Assembly: GCA_040772485.1 (NCBI GenBank)
Contig: JAXGYC010000010.1
Coordinates: 288,001 to 352,000, forward strand
Length of the DNA: 64,000 nucleotides
Direction of reading: 5' to 3'
DNA from: Sedimentisphaerales bacterium
GTDB lineage: Bacteria > Planctomycetota > Phycisphaerae > Sedimentisphaerales > Anaerobacaceae
The translations under genes and the position numbers were made by a program. The notes under the pieces are model-generated. The model saw only the letters and a list, made by a program, of their open reading frames with translations. It made no database searches and was not told the origin of the DNA. Shown here in pieces: positions 27,347-36,986 of the stretch. Each line of letters starts with the position of its first letter. The first letter of the stretch is position 1.

Positions 27347-28630
27347 ATGAGAATCGTTCGCGTCGCCCTGCTGTTCTGCACGTGCATCAGCCTGCAAGGT
27401 TTGGGCGCCGAGCTGCCGTTGGCGCCGGCGGTCGAATGCCACCCTCGTAGCGGTCTGCCCAACGTACTGGCGAAGCTCCAGGCGGGCCGGGAGGTGCGAA
27501 TCGCGTACCTCGGCGGAAGCATCACCGCGCAGGCGGGCTGGCGACCCAAGACGCTGGCGTGGTTTGCCGAGCAGTTCCCCCAGGCCAGGGTCAGCGAGAT
27601 CAACGCCGCCATCGGCGGGACCGGCTCGGACCTCGGCGTCTTTCGCCTCGAACACGATGTGCTGGCCCACAGGCCCGACCTGTTGTTCGTCGAGTTCGCG
27701 GTCAACGACGGCGGCGCGCCGCCCGAGCAGATCTATCGCTGCATGGAAGGCATCGTCCGCCAGACCTGGAGGAACAACCCGACCACGGACATCTGCTTCG
27801 TCTACACCCTGGCCGGCAACATGCTACAGACGCTCCAGGAAGGCACGTTCCCTCGCTCGGCCAGCGCGATGGAGAAGATCGCCGAGCACTACGCCATCCC
27901 CTCGATCCACATGGGCCTGGAGGTGGCGCGACTGGAGAAGGAAGGCAAACTGATCTTTCAAGGCCCCCAACCTGCGACCGAACAGGAGAAGGCGGCCTTG
28001 GGCGAGAAGATTCTGTTTTCGCCCGACGCGGTCCACCCTTACACCGACACGGGGCACCAGCTCTATCTCGACGCGGTCGTCCGCTCGATGGCAGAAATTC
28101 CGCAAGCGGGCAAACCCGGGCCGCACACGCTGGGCGACCCGTTCGTCCCCGACAACTGGGAGAAGGCCAGAATGGTCCCCTTGAGCCGGGCCAGACTCAG
28201 CGAGGGCTGGAAGAAGCTGGACCCCCAGACCGACACGATCGCCAAGCGATTCGGCGACAGGTTGCCGGAGGTGTGGAAGGCCGACCAGCCCGGCGAATCG
28301 ATTCGGTTCCGCATTCGCGGCAGCGTCGTCCGCATCTACGACCTGGTGGGTCCCAACTGCGGGCAGGTCTCGATCCAGGTGGACGATCAACCAGCCTATG
28401 TGCAACCGCGCTTCGACGCCTATTGCACCTACCACCGGCTCAGTTGCCTGACCGTTGGCAAAGCCATGGATGCGGGTGAACACGGGATCACTCTCACGAT
28501 CCATCCCGAGCAGCCGGACAAGGCCAAGATACTCAGCCAGCGAAACGAAACCATGGACGACCCGAAACGTTTCGACGGAACGGCCTGGTACGCCGGCGCG
28601 ATCCTGATCCTCGGCGACTTCCTGGACTGA
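27347..28630 (+). CDS. Secreted SGNH/GDSL hydrolase
   Basis: LGGSIT, NAAIGGTGS, EFAVND, D.VHP blocks. Confidence 0.9.
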   Translation: MRIVRVALLFCTCISLQGLGAELPLAPAVECHPRSGLPNVLAKLQAGREVRIAYLGGSITAQAGWRPKTLAWFAEQFPQARVSEINAAIGGTGSDLGVFRLEHDVLAHRPDLLFVEFAVNDGGAPPEQIYRCMEGIVRQTWRNNPTTDICFVYTLAGNMLQTLQEGTFPRSASAMEKIAEHYAIPSIHMGLEVARLEKEGKLIFQGPQPATEQEKAALGEKILFSPDAVHPYTDTGHQLYLDAVVRSMAEIPQAGKPGPHTLGDPFVPDNWEKARMVPLSRARLSEGWKKLDPQTDTIAKRFGDRLPEVWKADQPGESIRFRIRGSVVRIYDLVGPNCGQVSIQVDDQPAYVQPRFDAYCTYHRLSCLTVGKAMDAGEHGITLTIHPEQPDKAKILSQRNETMDDPKRFDGTAWYAGAILILGDFLD

Positions 28631-28659
28631 TCCGTACGCTGCAGAGCACAGGAGCAAAC

Positions 28660-29960
28660 ATGACACGTGACCAGATGAGTCGACGTCAGTTCATCAAGGC
28701 CGGCGCAGGTCTTGTCGCAGGCCCGATGCTGGCAGTGCGTGGTTCATCACACGACCCACAGGCAAACTGGCTGAGACTGCATCGAGACCCGGTTTATGGG
28801 ATGATCTCGGGCGGGCCCGATCTGGACCACATTCTCTCGCTGTTTCCCCGTCCGCAAGGTGAGGCCGCCTTCGACGCGGCAGCGATCGCGGAGAACATCG
28901 AAGCTCCGCACCCGTCCGGCGATCGACACGAGGACATCCCTTCCTCGACCTGTCCGTCAAGACCGCCCTGGCCCACATCGTACCGACGTTCAGGGCGACC
29001 ATCCCAAGTACGGCGTCGGCACGTACGCGTACCGAACACGACGGGTTCCCGCCGACGATCATCGCAGCAGTCGACGCCCTGTCGGCGTGGGGCGTGGACA
29101 GCGCCCGCCGACTGTTCGGCTACTGGCTGGACCGCTTCGTGCGAGAGGATGGATATGGTAATGGCCCATCGCAAGCGAGTACAGCCAATTATCCCCCTGC
29201 TGGCCGCCGCTGGAAGACGGTCGGCACGGCGGGCTGGTGGTCCGGTGGATTCAGTTCTGGATGCGCCATTGCCGAGTACCTGCTCCGGCTTCCCGCGCGC
29301 CGGCGAGGAAAAGGAGGATGGATTGATTTCCGGGTCTCCCGAAACCGACACGCGTGAAGGACGTCGAAGCAAGTAGCACACATGCTGGATGGGTCGTCAA
29401 GGCTTCGGCGATGGGCTGACCTGTGCGAACGGCGAAGGCTTCTCCCTCCACCTCTGCCTCGACCGCTCGGCAGGTCGCTGGCGGACTGGCCGGGGACACT
29501 CTCGAAGCTGTCACCCAGGACGTGGCCTGCACCGACCCCATGGATTTCTGGCTGCCGGCGGTGAAGACATCGGAGCGGCCGACCTCTCTGACCGCGACCA
29601 TCGAAGCCTCGTACACAAACTACCGCTATTGGCCGGAACTGCTGTCGAGCGGCCTGCTGCCTGCCGAGATGGCCCGTCGGATCGTCGACGCTCGTCTGTC
29701 GGGAGGCGGTCAGTTCTGCGGGATGACGCGATTCGCCGACCACCTGGACGACTGGCCTCTGGCGGATCACCTGACCTGCCGGTCTCCAGGTGCGCAAGGA
29801 CGACTTCTGCTGATCTCTATGGGCGTCGCCTATCACCAAGGTTGATGGCCATCTGACCGCCTACGAACAGATCTCCTTTCCGCCGGGCAAGCGGGTCGCC
29901 GACTACTGCCTGCCCTGCCAACTCGTGGCCGCCCGCGCCGCTCGCCTGCTGGTCCAATAG
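28660..29960 (+). pseudogene. Decayed Tat-exported protein (possibly glycoside hydrolase-like) with multiple frameshifts and deletions
   Basis: Good RBS and MSRRQFIKAGAG Tat leader. Protein-like fragments in different frames: PPTIIAAVDALSAWG..RLFGYWLDRFVREDG; GLISGSPETD; ASYTNYRYWPELLSSGLL..GGQFCGMTRF.DHLDDWP; GHLTAYEQISFPPG; ADYCLPCQLVAAR. Confidence 0.7.
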
Positions 29961-30034
29961 ACGCACGAGCCACAGGAGCAAGACGTCCTGCGATCGATTG
30001 AGAGAACAAGAACATGAGCCAAGGGAGGCGTACT

Positions 30035-30637
30035 ATGAACAAGGCGATCATGTGTCTGCTGTCGCTATCACTTGCGATGGTGTGTTCCTCCTGCAAGCAG
30101 AAGGCCCCGCAGACGGCAGAACCCCCCTCCGCCTCGGCCAGTCCGGTCTACCAATTCGAGTTGAACGATATCGACGGGGTCCCTGTGAAACTGGAGGCCT
30201 ACCGCGGCAAGGTGCTGCTGCTGGTCAACGTCGCCAGCAAGTGCGGCTATACGCCTCAATACGCGGGTCTGGAACAGCTCTACCAGAGGTATCGGACCGA
30301 GGGGCTGGTCGTGCTGGGCTTTCCCGCCAACAACTTCGGCTCCCAGGAGCCGGGCACCGAAGACGAAATCAAGGCGTTCTGCACCACGAACTACCACGTC
30401 ACCTTCCCCATGTTCGCCAAGATCTCCGTCAAGGGCGACGACATCCACCCCCTCTACAAATTCCTGACGGAGGCGGCCCCGACGCAGAGCGGCAGTGCCG
30501 GACCGGTCACGTGGAACTTCAACAAGTTCCTGATCGGGCGCGACGGCAGCGTGGTCGGCCGGTATGATTCGAAGGTCGAGCCGCTCAGTCCTGAGCTTAC
30601 GGATGAAATCACGAAAGCGCTCGCGGAGGCGAGCTGA
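30035..30637 (+). CDS. Glutathione peroxidase family lipoprotein (Cys type)
   Basis: GKVLLLVNVASKCGYTPQY, LGFPANNFG.QEPG, WNFNKFLI; lipobox CSSC. Confidence 0.93.
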   Translation: MNKAIMCLLSLSLAMVCSSCKQKAPQTAEPPSASASPVYQFELNDIDGVPVKLEAYRGKVLLLVNVASKCGYTPQYAGLEQLYQRYRTEGLVVLGFPANNFGSQEPGTEDEIKAFCTTNYHVTFPMFAKISVKGDDIHPLYKFLTEAAPTQSGSAGPVTWNFNKFLIGRDGSVVGRYDSKVEPLSPELTDEITKALAEAS

Positions 30638-30820
30638 TGGAAGTGAATCGCGCAACCCTTGCGTTAATCCCTGCCGTAGGCAAGGAGAACCGTCAGAAGC
30701 ACCGCGATTTCCAGAATAATCAGCACGAGGTTCATAGCCACGTCCTTGATTGGAGTTCTTCAGCCGTAGCTATAAGGCACAGCACACCGCATGAGTAACA
30801 GTCGCGAAGGAATTCACACC

Positions 30821-32989
30821 CTACTCATCAAGGAGTTCTACGATCCGCTCTCGCAGATTGTTCTCCCTTGGCTCGCAGAATCGAACGATACCCTTCTTGT
30901 CGATCAGGAAAGAGACCGGCCGCTCGTGGACCTGGTACAACCAGTGTGTCGCTCCGGCTGTCACGCCGGGGGGCCGCCCCGGGGGCATCAGGTCGGCCAC
31001 CAGATCGGGGTCCGAGTCGAGGACCCCGGCGATGGGCGCCCCTTCGAAGAGGCTTGTCAGGTGGGTCGTGACAAGATCCGCCGCCACGGGACTGGCGCCG
31101 GGCAGATGGTCGTAGATCGCAATGACCAGCAAGCCGTTCGGGCCGAACTCCGTCAGCAGGCTGCGGATCGTCGCCAAACCCGGATCGCGGTCCATCGTGA
31201 AGTTGCGGAACGTCAGCAGCACGACCCGGCCCCGGACCTCTTTGAGGGTGATCGGCGTGTGATTGAACCACGTGTCGGCAACCAATGGAGGCGCTTCCTG
31301 GCCCAGGGCGCCCCACCCCTGGGGGACAACCTGGAAATCACAGGCGTAGTCGTCGGCAATAGTCGTCCGAGACCATGTGCCGTAGGAAGGCACGTCGATC
31401 GTGATGGTAATGGACCGATCGGTTGGCATGTCCGTCAGCGTATAGCAGCCGTCTGCGTCAGTGACGAGGTTCTGGCTGGCCCGTCCTATTCCCACCTTGA
31501 TGGCGCGATGGGCCACCGGCGAATCCTGCTCGTCCGTAATCCTCCCCCGAACGATGCCCGAGCCCGGCTGGCTGCCGGTCAGCACAATCTCTCCGGCGTC
31601 GGCGACGTCGGCTGCCTTCAGATCGAGAGACGCCGAACGGCCGCTGAGCGTGCCAAGGAAGGCCATGGCTCTGACCCTTGGCCCCACCGAGACGCTCAGC
31701 AACTGGAAGTATCCGTCGTCATCGGTGGTCGCGGCAAGGAGCGAGTCTGGCAGCCCGCTCCAGCGGTTGTCGAGCATCAGGGTCTCCAGGCTCACGCGGG
31801 CGCCGGACACAGGTTTGCGATCCACGCCAATGGCGCGACCGACAATCGTTGCGCCAGGCTCCAGAATGAGCGAGATTTCAGTATTCTGAGCATCCTTGCG
31901 CCAGATGAACCGTCGGCCGAGCAGACCCGATGCATCACAGGCGCTGCCAAGCAGACCACCCGGCGGCTGCAACGTCGGCTCCGGGAGAGAGAACCGCGCC
32001 GCTGGTTCGGCATTCGGATCGGAAACCACCCCCTCCAGTGTGACCAGCCCAGGAACGGGATGCCCCTCCAAGTCCACCAGGGCGATATCAATCAGGTTTG
32101 TCTGCGGCTCGCGTTGGGGCACCAGCAATTCCACGGTAACTGGCGAGCTGGGTGCTCTGACGTTGATGAGTCTGGGCGAAACCTCGATCGACTGCCCCTG
32201 GTCCCACGCGGGCGCGTAGACGCGGTACGAACCAGCCGCCACGCTGAATTCACAAGCGCCCTGACCATCGGTCTTCCCGGTGGCGGCCGCCGGCCCCCGC
32301 GTGGACTCGACCACGACGGAGTATGCCTGCACAGGCCGATGGTCCAGATCACCCAAGGCCCGGACAGTGACCGTCGTTTCCGGACCCAGGGCCAGAACGA
32401 CCTCTCCCGACGCGGCCTTCGGGCTGACGTCCACAAGCACGCCGTGACAGAGAATCCGATGCCGAGCCGCCGAATCCACCACAGTCACCGCGTAGAGACC
32501 CGCGTCCAGCCCGGTGCACTCGAAACGACCCGCGTCATCGATCGCGCAGGCCCGCTCGTACCCGGGCCCCTGGACACGAACGCGCAGCATCTCAATCAGT
32601 TCCATGCTCTGGACATACGGCGTCCCATCCGGGTGGAGCACCGTGCCTCGAATCGTGCCACCAAGCCTTGAGGCCGGGCCGACATTCGAGGCTGCGCGAA
32701 TGGATCGGATCAACTCGGAATCCGCGACGGCGCGCTCCGTATCATCCGGCTCGCGAACGACCGGCTGATTGGTGTCGGCAACACGCGCGACCGGCTCGGA
32801 TGATCTCCCATCCCGCCAGGTCGGTACATCGGGAGATGAGACACTGCACGGATCGACAGAGATGACGGCAGGATCGGACTGCGTCGGCTGCCGAGTTCCC
32901 CTGGACGAACGGAGAGCAAATATGCCGGCAACAACTGCGGCCAAGGCCACCGCTGCCAGACCAAATGAGATCCTCTGCCGCCTGTTCAC
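30821..32989 (-). CDS. Membrane-anchored protein with carboxypeptidase-regulatory-like repeats and a degenerate C-terminal thioredoxin-like domain
   Basis: N-terminal TM; repeated G.V...G.P..GA.V / TD.DG.F/Y; C-terminal LG..AP.L....W.N...RG.VVLL.F...P.SFLIDK.G.VR without CxxC. Confidence 0.75.
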   Translation of the reverse strand: MNRRQRISFGLAAVALAAVVAGIFALRSSRGTRQPTQSDPAVISVDPCSVSSPDVPTWRDGRSSEPVARVADTNQPVVREPDDTERAVADSELIRSIRAASNVGPASRLGGTIRGTVLHPDGTPYVQSMELIEMLRVRVQGPGYERACAIDDAGRFECTGLDAGLYAVTVVDSAARHRILCHGVLVDVSPKAASGEVVLALGPETTVTVRALGDLDHRPVQAYSVVVESTRGPAAATGKTDGQGACEFSVAAGSYRVYAPAWDQGQSIEVSPRLINVRAPSSPVTVELLVPQREPQTNLIDIALVDLEGHPVPGLVTLEGVVSDPNAEPAARFSLPEPTLQPPGGLLGSACDASGLLGRRFIWRKDAQNTEISLILEPGATIVGRAIGVDRKPVSGARVSLETLMLDNRWSGLPDSLLAATTDDDGYFQLLSVSVGPRVRAMAFLGTLSGRSASLDLKAADVADAGEIVLTGSQPGSGIVRGRITDEQDSPVAHRAIKVGIGRASQNLVTDADGCYTLTDMPTDRSITITIDVPSYGTWSRTTIADDYACDFQVVPQGWGALGQEAPPLVADTWFNHTPITLKEVRGRVVLLTFRNFTMDRDPGLATIRSLLTEFGPNGLLVIAIYDHLPGASPVAADLVTTHLTSLFEGAPIAGVLDSDPDLVADLMPPGRPPGVTAGATHWLYQVHERPVSFLIDKKGIVRFCEPRENNLRERIVELLDE

Positions 32990-33157
32990 TGATTGTCCTC
33001 AACATCCACCACCCCAGTCTCCAGTTCGGCCCCTACGCCGGGGCGGGCCAGATCTGAAGTCGCTTGAACAATCCACACCTTCCCTATACTATCAGAACCG
33101 AACTGATTCATCAAAGGCACGCCATCGGGGCGCAGTGGAAGACAACGCATTCCGGCC

Positions 33158-34006
33158 ATGGAGCGGCTGAAGGTGAACGCACAAGTCCGGCACAAATCGA
33201 ATCGCTCATGGCGGGATCGCCTGTTCGAGATCATCTTCGAGGCGGACACCCCCGCCGGCAAGTGGTTCGACATCGCGCTGATCGTCGTGATCCTGCTCAG
33301 CGTTCTGGTGGTCATGCTCGACAGTGTCGCGTCCATTCGAGCTGCCTATGGCCGCTGGCTCTACGGTCTCGAATGGCTCTTCACGATCCTCTTCACCATC
33401 GAGTACGTTCTGCGCCTGCTCTGCGTCGGCAAGCCGGTTCGCTATGCGGTGAGTTTCTTCGGCATCGTGGACCTGATGGCAATCCTGCCGACGTATCTGA
33501 GCCTGGTGGTGTTCGGCAGCCGCTATCTGGCGGTCGTCCGCATCCTCCGCGTGCTGCGTGTCTTTCGAATCCTCAAGCTCGGCCATCACACGAAAGAGGC
33601 GCGCATCCTCAAGGCCGCCTTCTACGCCAGCAGGCGAAGAATTCTCGTGTTCCTCAGCTTCGTGCTGACGCTGGTCGTGATCATCGGCTCGCTGATGTAC
33701 GTGATCGAAGGCTCCGCCAACAGCGGTTTTTCCAGCATCCCCCAGAGCGTATACTGGGCGATCGTAACTCTGACGACAGTCGGGTACGGCGACATCTCCC
33801 CTCAGACACCTCTGGGCCAGTTCCTCGCGTCGCTCGTGATGATCCTGGGCTATTCGATCATCGCAGTCCCGGCGGGCATCGTCACGGTCGAGTGGTCGCG
33901 AGCGAGCATGCGGCAACCGCCCAACACTCAGGCCTGCCCCAACTGCAGCGCCGAGGGCCACGACATGGATGCCAGGCACTGCAAGTTCTGCGGCGCCAGG
34001 CTCTGA
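33158..34006 (+). CDS. Voltage-gated potassium channel with C-terminal Cys4 zinc ribbon
   Basis: S4 RILRVLRVFRILK; pore YWAIVTLTTVGYGD; CPNC...CKFCG. Confidence 0.93.
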   Translation: MERLKVNAQVRHKSNRSWRDRLFEIIFEADTPAGKWFDIALIVVILLSVLVVMLDSVASIRAAYGRWLYGLEWLFTILFTIEYVLRLLCVGKPVRYAVSFFGIVDLMAILPTYLSLVVFGSRYLAVVRILRVLRVFRILKLGHHTKEARILKAAFYASRRRILVFLSFVLTLVVIIGSLMYVIEGSANSGFSSIPQSVYWAIVTLTTVGYGDISPQTPLGQFLASLVMILGYSIIAVPAGIVTVEWSRASMRQPPNTQACPNCSAEGHDMDARHCKFCGARL

Positions 34007-34191
34007 CGCAGGTCCGGGTGTAGCCCTCAGACCGCATACGCTACCGCCGGAGGCCGACCGTACCGGCTGCGGCACAGCCATTGGGTGTCGCCGGCATCCT
34101 GTTACCACCGCGCGTCGAGATGCCTCTATCATTCGAAGGCCCAGTCAGTTACGATTGACCGCGTGGAATCCAGTGAAGGAGGTTAGTAGAG

Positions 34192-34890
34192 ATGAAATCG
34201 ACAAGACCAGCCGGTACAAAACGATGGGCAACTGTGGTCCCGATGGGCGTCGGGATCGTAATGCTTTTGTGGATAACCACTTGCGCCTCAGCCGGCAATG
34301 GCCCGGGCGTCGCCTTCAAGGTGGGCGTCCAGACCTTCGAAAGCCCCGTGAGCCTGGAGGACACCACGCGGACCCGGTACGAGGTGGAACTGGCCAGTCA
34401 GCTTTTCGCCAACGACCGTCTCGATTTCGCTCTGTCGGTCGGTGGTTCCTCGCTCGGCGAACACAAGGACGCAGATAGTGGCGTCTTCGATGACGACGCC
34501 GTGTGGGAGCTGTACTCGACCGACGAACTGAGCCTGATCGACATCCGGCTGGCCGCCCGGCTGCACCCTCTTGGCCAGGAAGGCCCGATCCGGCCCTACC
34601 TCGGCGCCGGCGTCGGCTACTTCTGGTTCCTCGACTCCTGGAAGGACAGGTACTACGAGACGATCGAGGATCCGGATTTCCCCGGCACATACATCACCTT
34701 CGAGGACCGCGACGAGGACACTGAGACACTGGGAGACGGGTTCTTTCCGTTCGTCATGGCCGGCGTGAACGTGGCGATCCACGATAACGCCGAACTGCTG
34801 TTCGAGTTCCAGTACGACATCGAGAAAGAGGACTCGGGCTTCGACTTCGGCGGTCCGATCTACATGTTCGGGGCGCGCTTCCGCTTCTGA
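34192..34890 (+). CDS. Outer membrane beta-barrel protein
   Basis: Signal peptide, RPYLGAGVGY strand, C-terminal FGARFRF (BAM-type Phe end). Confidence 0.8.
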   Translation: MKSTRPAGTKRWATVVPMGVGIVMLLWITTCASAGNGPGVAFKVGVQTFESPVSLEDTTRTRYEVELASQLFANDRLDFALSVGGSSLGEHKDADSGVFDDDAVWELYSTDELSLIDIRLAARLHPLGQEGPIRPYLGAGVGYFWFLDSWKDRYYETIEDPDFPGTYITFEDRDEDTETLGDGFFPFVMAGVNVAIHDNAELLFEFQYDIEKEDSGFDFGGPIYMFGARFRF

Positions 34891-34925
34891 TCCCGAAGCC
34901 CATCGGGGCTGTGGCTGAATGCAAG

Positions 34926-34959
34926 AAGGGCCCGGCCATCCATCGGACGCCGGGCCCTT
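34926..34959. terminator. Probable bidirectional terminator
   Basis: AAGGGCCCGGC...GCCGGGCCCTT between convergent genes. Confidence 0.65.
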
Positions 34960-34982
34960 GTGTTCAATCACAATCCCTGCGA

Positions 34983-35996
34983 TTACTTCTGTGAGGTCTC
35001 GGCGGCGCGGCGTTTGAACGTCGTCTCGCCGCGCGGACTCGAGGCCCGGTAACCACCCGATTCGACCGCGTACTCCTTGACCTTGAAGCTGTCGTTGTCG
35101 ATCTTGCTGTAGATGTGCTCCATCGTCTCTCTGGTCCCATCCGGCCGCAGCATCTCGTGCCGGTTGATGGCGCCGTCGTAGCTTTCAGACCAGGTGCTCT
35201 TCCAGGTCCCGCCCCGGTTGTCGGCGCCGAACTGTATGACCTCGTCACCCGACGGCGCCAGCGCGATCATCCCCCAGTACTCATACCGATCGATCTTCGC
35301 CTCCACGAGCACCGCGTTCCTGTCGAGGGCCCACTTGTACTGTACGTCGATGGCCGTGCCCGCCTCGTCGTCGCGGGCCTGCCATCGGCCGATCATGTAT
35401 TCATACCCATACTGCGCCAGCAGGTCTCCGAGGGTCGTTCGATCGGTCCAGCCGGCGGCCCCGTCGGCAGCCTTCGCCTCTGATGCGTCTGCCTTCTGAC
35501 GCTTGTAGGTCAGCGTCGCCCACGGCTCCGAGGCGCGCGAGCCGCTGCTGTCGATCGGATACGCTGTGGCCTTGAACGTGTCGGCGTCGATCCGGGTGTG
35601 GACGATCTCCATCCTGCGAGTCTCGCCATCCGGTCGCTTCTGCTCCATCCGATGGACGGCGCTGCCGTATTCGTCCCGCCAGGTCCCGGTCCAGGCGCCG
35701 CCCTGGTTGTCGGCCCCGATCTGGACGATCTCCTCCCGATAGGGGATGAACATAATCAGGCCATAGTATTTCATATCGCCGATCTGGGAAGTCGTGACGA
35801 CGGCGTGCCGATCCAGCGCCCACCTCTGCTCGAACGTGATCTTCTGGCCTTCCTCGGTCGTGGCGACCCACTTGCCGATCAGCCAGTCATATCCGCCCTG
35901 GTACACCATATCGCCGAGACTGTCCTGCGCCCCGGCGGGAAACGCCAGGATCCCCGTCAGTGCCGCCGACAACAAAAGGATGCTCTTCGCCTTCAT
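34983..35996 (-). CDS. Secreted protein with two tandem beta-barrel-like (DUF1579/calycin-like) domains
   Basis: GGAGG RBS, signal peptide; internal duplication LGD..GY...IG.W..WALDR.AV..Q.GADN.GG.W..TW..RPDG..D.FK..RAS.P. Confidence 0.75.
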   Translation of the reverse strand: MKAKSILLLSAALTGILAFPAGAQDSLGDMVYQGGYDWLIGKWVATTEEGQKITFEQRWALDRHAVVTTSQIGDMKYYGLIMFIPYREEIVQIGADNQGGAWTGTWRDEYGSAVHRMEQKRPDGETRRMEIVHTRIDADTFKATAYPIDSSGSRASEPWATLTYKRQKADASEAKAADGAAGWTDRTTLGDLLAQYGYEYMIGRWQARDDEAGTAIDVQYKWALDRNAVLVEAKIDRYEYWGMIALAPSGDEVIQFGADNRGGTWKSTWSESYDGAINRHEMLRPDGTRETMEHIYSKIDNDSFKVKEYAVESGGYRASSPRGETTFKRRAAETSQK

Positions 35997-36319
35997 AGTG
36001 TCCTCCCTTCTGGAATCCGGATTCTGGTTCGACCACCGCTCGGGCGCCGGTGGCGTTGAAGCCCGTATCGGGAAACGACCCTTGCCCACCAATATAACAA
36101 ACGGCAGCCGCCGTTGCCTTAGAGGACCGTTTTTTTTCTCAGGCAGGTGAGGGGGCAGGAGGCATGGCAGATCGCCCGATCCGGCCAGGGGTGTCTGTTT
36201 TAGGCCGGGAAGGCTTTGGGAACGGGGTGCCGGCCAGTCGGAGATGAGGCCGCCTCATGTGAGACGGCCTCATCCCCCGGCATATCCACCCGGCAAAGGG
36301 GCACATTCGAACCGAGACG

Positions 36320-36664
36320 CTACGGCTGCGCCAGCGCCAGCTCCAACCTCGCCAGCGCGGTGAATCGATCGTCGGCAAACCGCAGCACGTGGGCCAGAGC
36401 AGGCGAGGTGAACGCTTTCCTGAGACCCGGTCGGGACCCGCAGAGCACCAGTTGATGTCCTCGCGACGTCAATGCACCGTGCAACTCCAGAAGCAGGCGG
36501 CAGCTCGATCGGCCGATCCGGTCGATCTGCGAGCAGTCCACCACCACGTCGCAATCCTCTCGCTCGGAGATCATCTCGGCCACGTCGGTCAGTTCCTCGG
36601 CTGTCTGGGGCTCGCCCGGCAGGCTGACAAGGACTACGTTTTCGGACCAGTTTTCCACGCCCAT
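36320..36664 (-). CDS. STAS domain protein (anti-sigma factor antagonist-like)
   Basis: DVVVDCSQI..I..S...LL.L...L...G..LVLCG; 114 aa; AGGAG RBS. Confidence 0.78.
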   Translation of the reverse strand: MGVENWSENVVLVSLPGEPQTAEELTDVAEMISEREDCDVVVDCSQIDRIGRSSCRLLLELHGALTSRGHQLVLCGSRPGLRKAFTSPALAHVLRFADDRFTALARLELALAQP

Positions 36665-36925
36665 GTCTGCTCTCCTTCATCCGAGATGTCGATCGCGTCG
36701 TCTTCTGCCTGCTCCGGGACGCCGGACGTCCCCCGGCACGGATCGGGGCAGGCGGTCGCGAAGGCAACAGCCATGTCACCACTTCTTCACATCGCCCGCC
36801 CAAGGCCTCCACGATGAGAGTCGTTGACTCAAATGCATAGCCAATCGTCCCTGGATCGAGTCTTTTGCGCCCCGGGACGCCGCGCGGACTGCCGATGGAG
36901 GAAGACCGGGAGGAAAGCCACGAAC

Positions 36926-36959
36926 GAAAACGGCCGGAGGATCGGGGAGCCTCCGGCCG
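36926..36959 (-). terminator. rpoD intrinsic terminator
   Basis: CGGCCGGAGG...CCTCCGGCCG followed by TTTT on the minus strand. Confidence 0.75.
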
Positions 36960-36986
36960 GATGTGTCATACCGTGCCGCGACGCTG

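Noticed and set aside
24451..27705. Very long antisense ORFs (also 1739-4045, 7881-10796, 11420-14224, 36963-38840, 42844-44799, 48866-52027)
   Set aside because: They mirror well-supported genes on the opposite strand and have no motifs. This is expected from high-GC codon bias.
28660..29376. Intact 238-aa CDS from the ORF track
   Set aside because: Only parts look protein-like and the coding signal switches frames, so it is treated as a pseudogene.
30035..30637. Selenocysteine glutathione peroxidase
   Set aside because: The active-site codon is TGC (Cys); there is no in-frame TGA.
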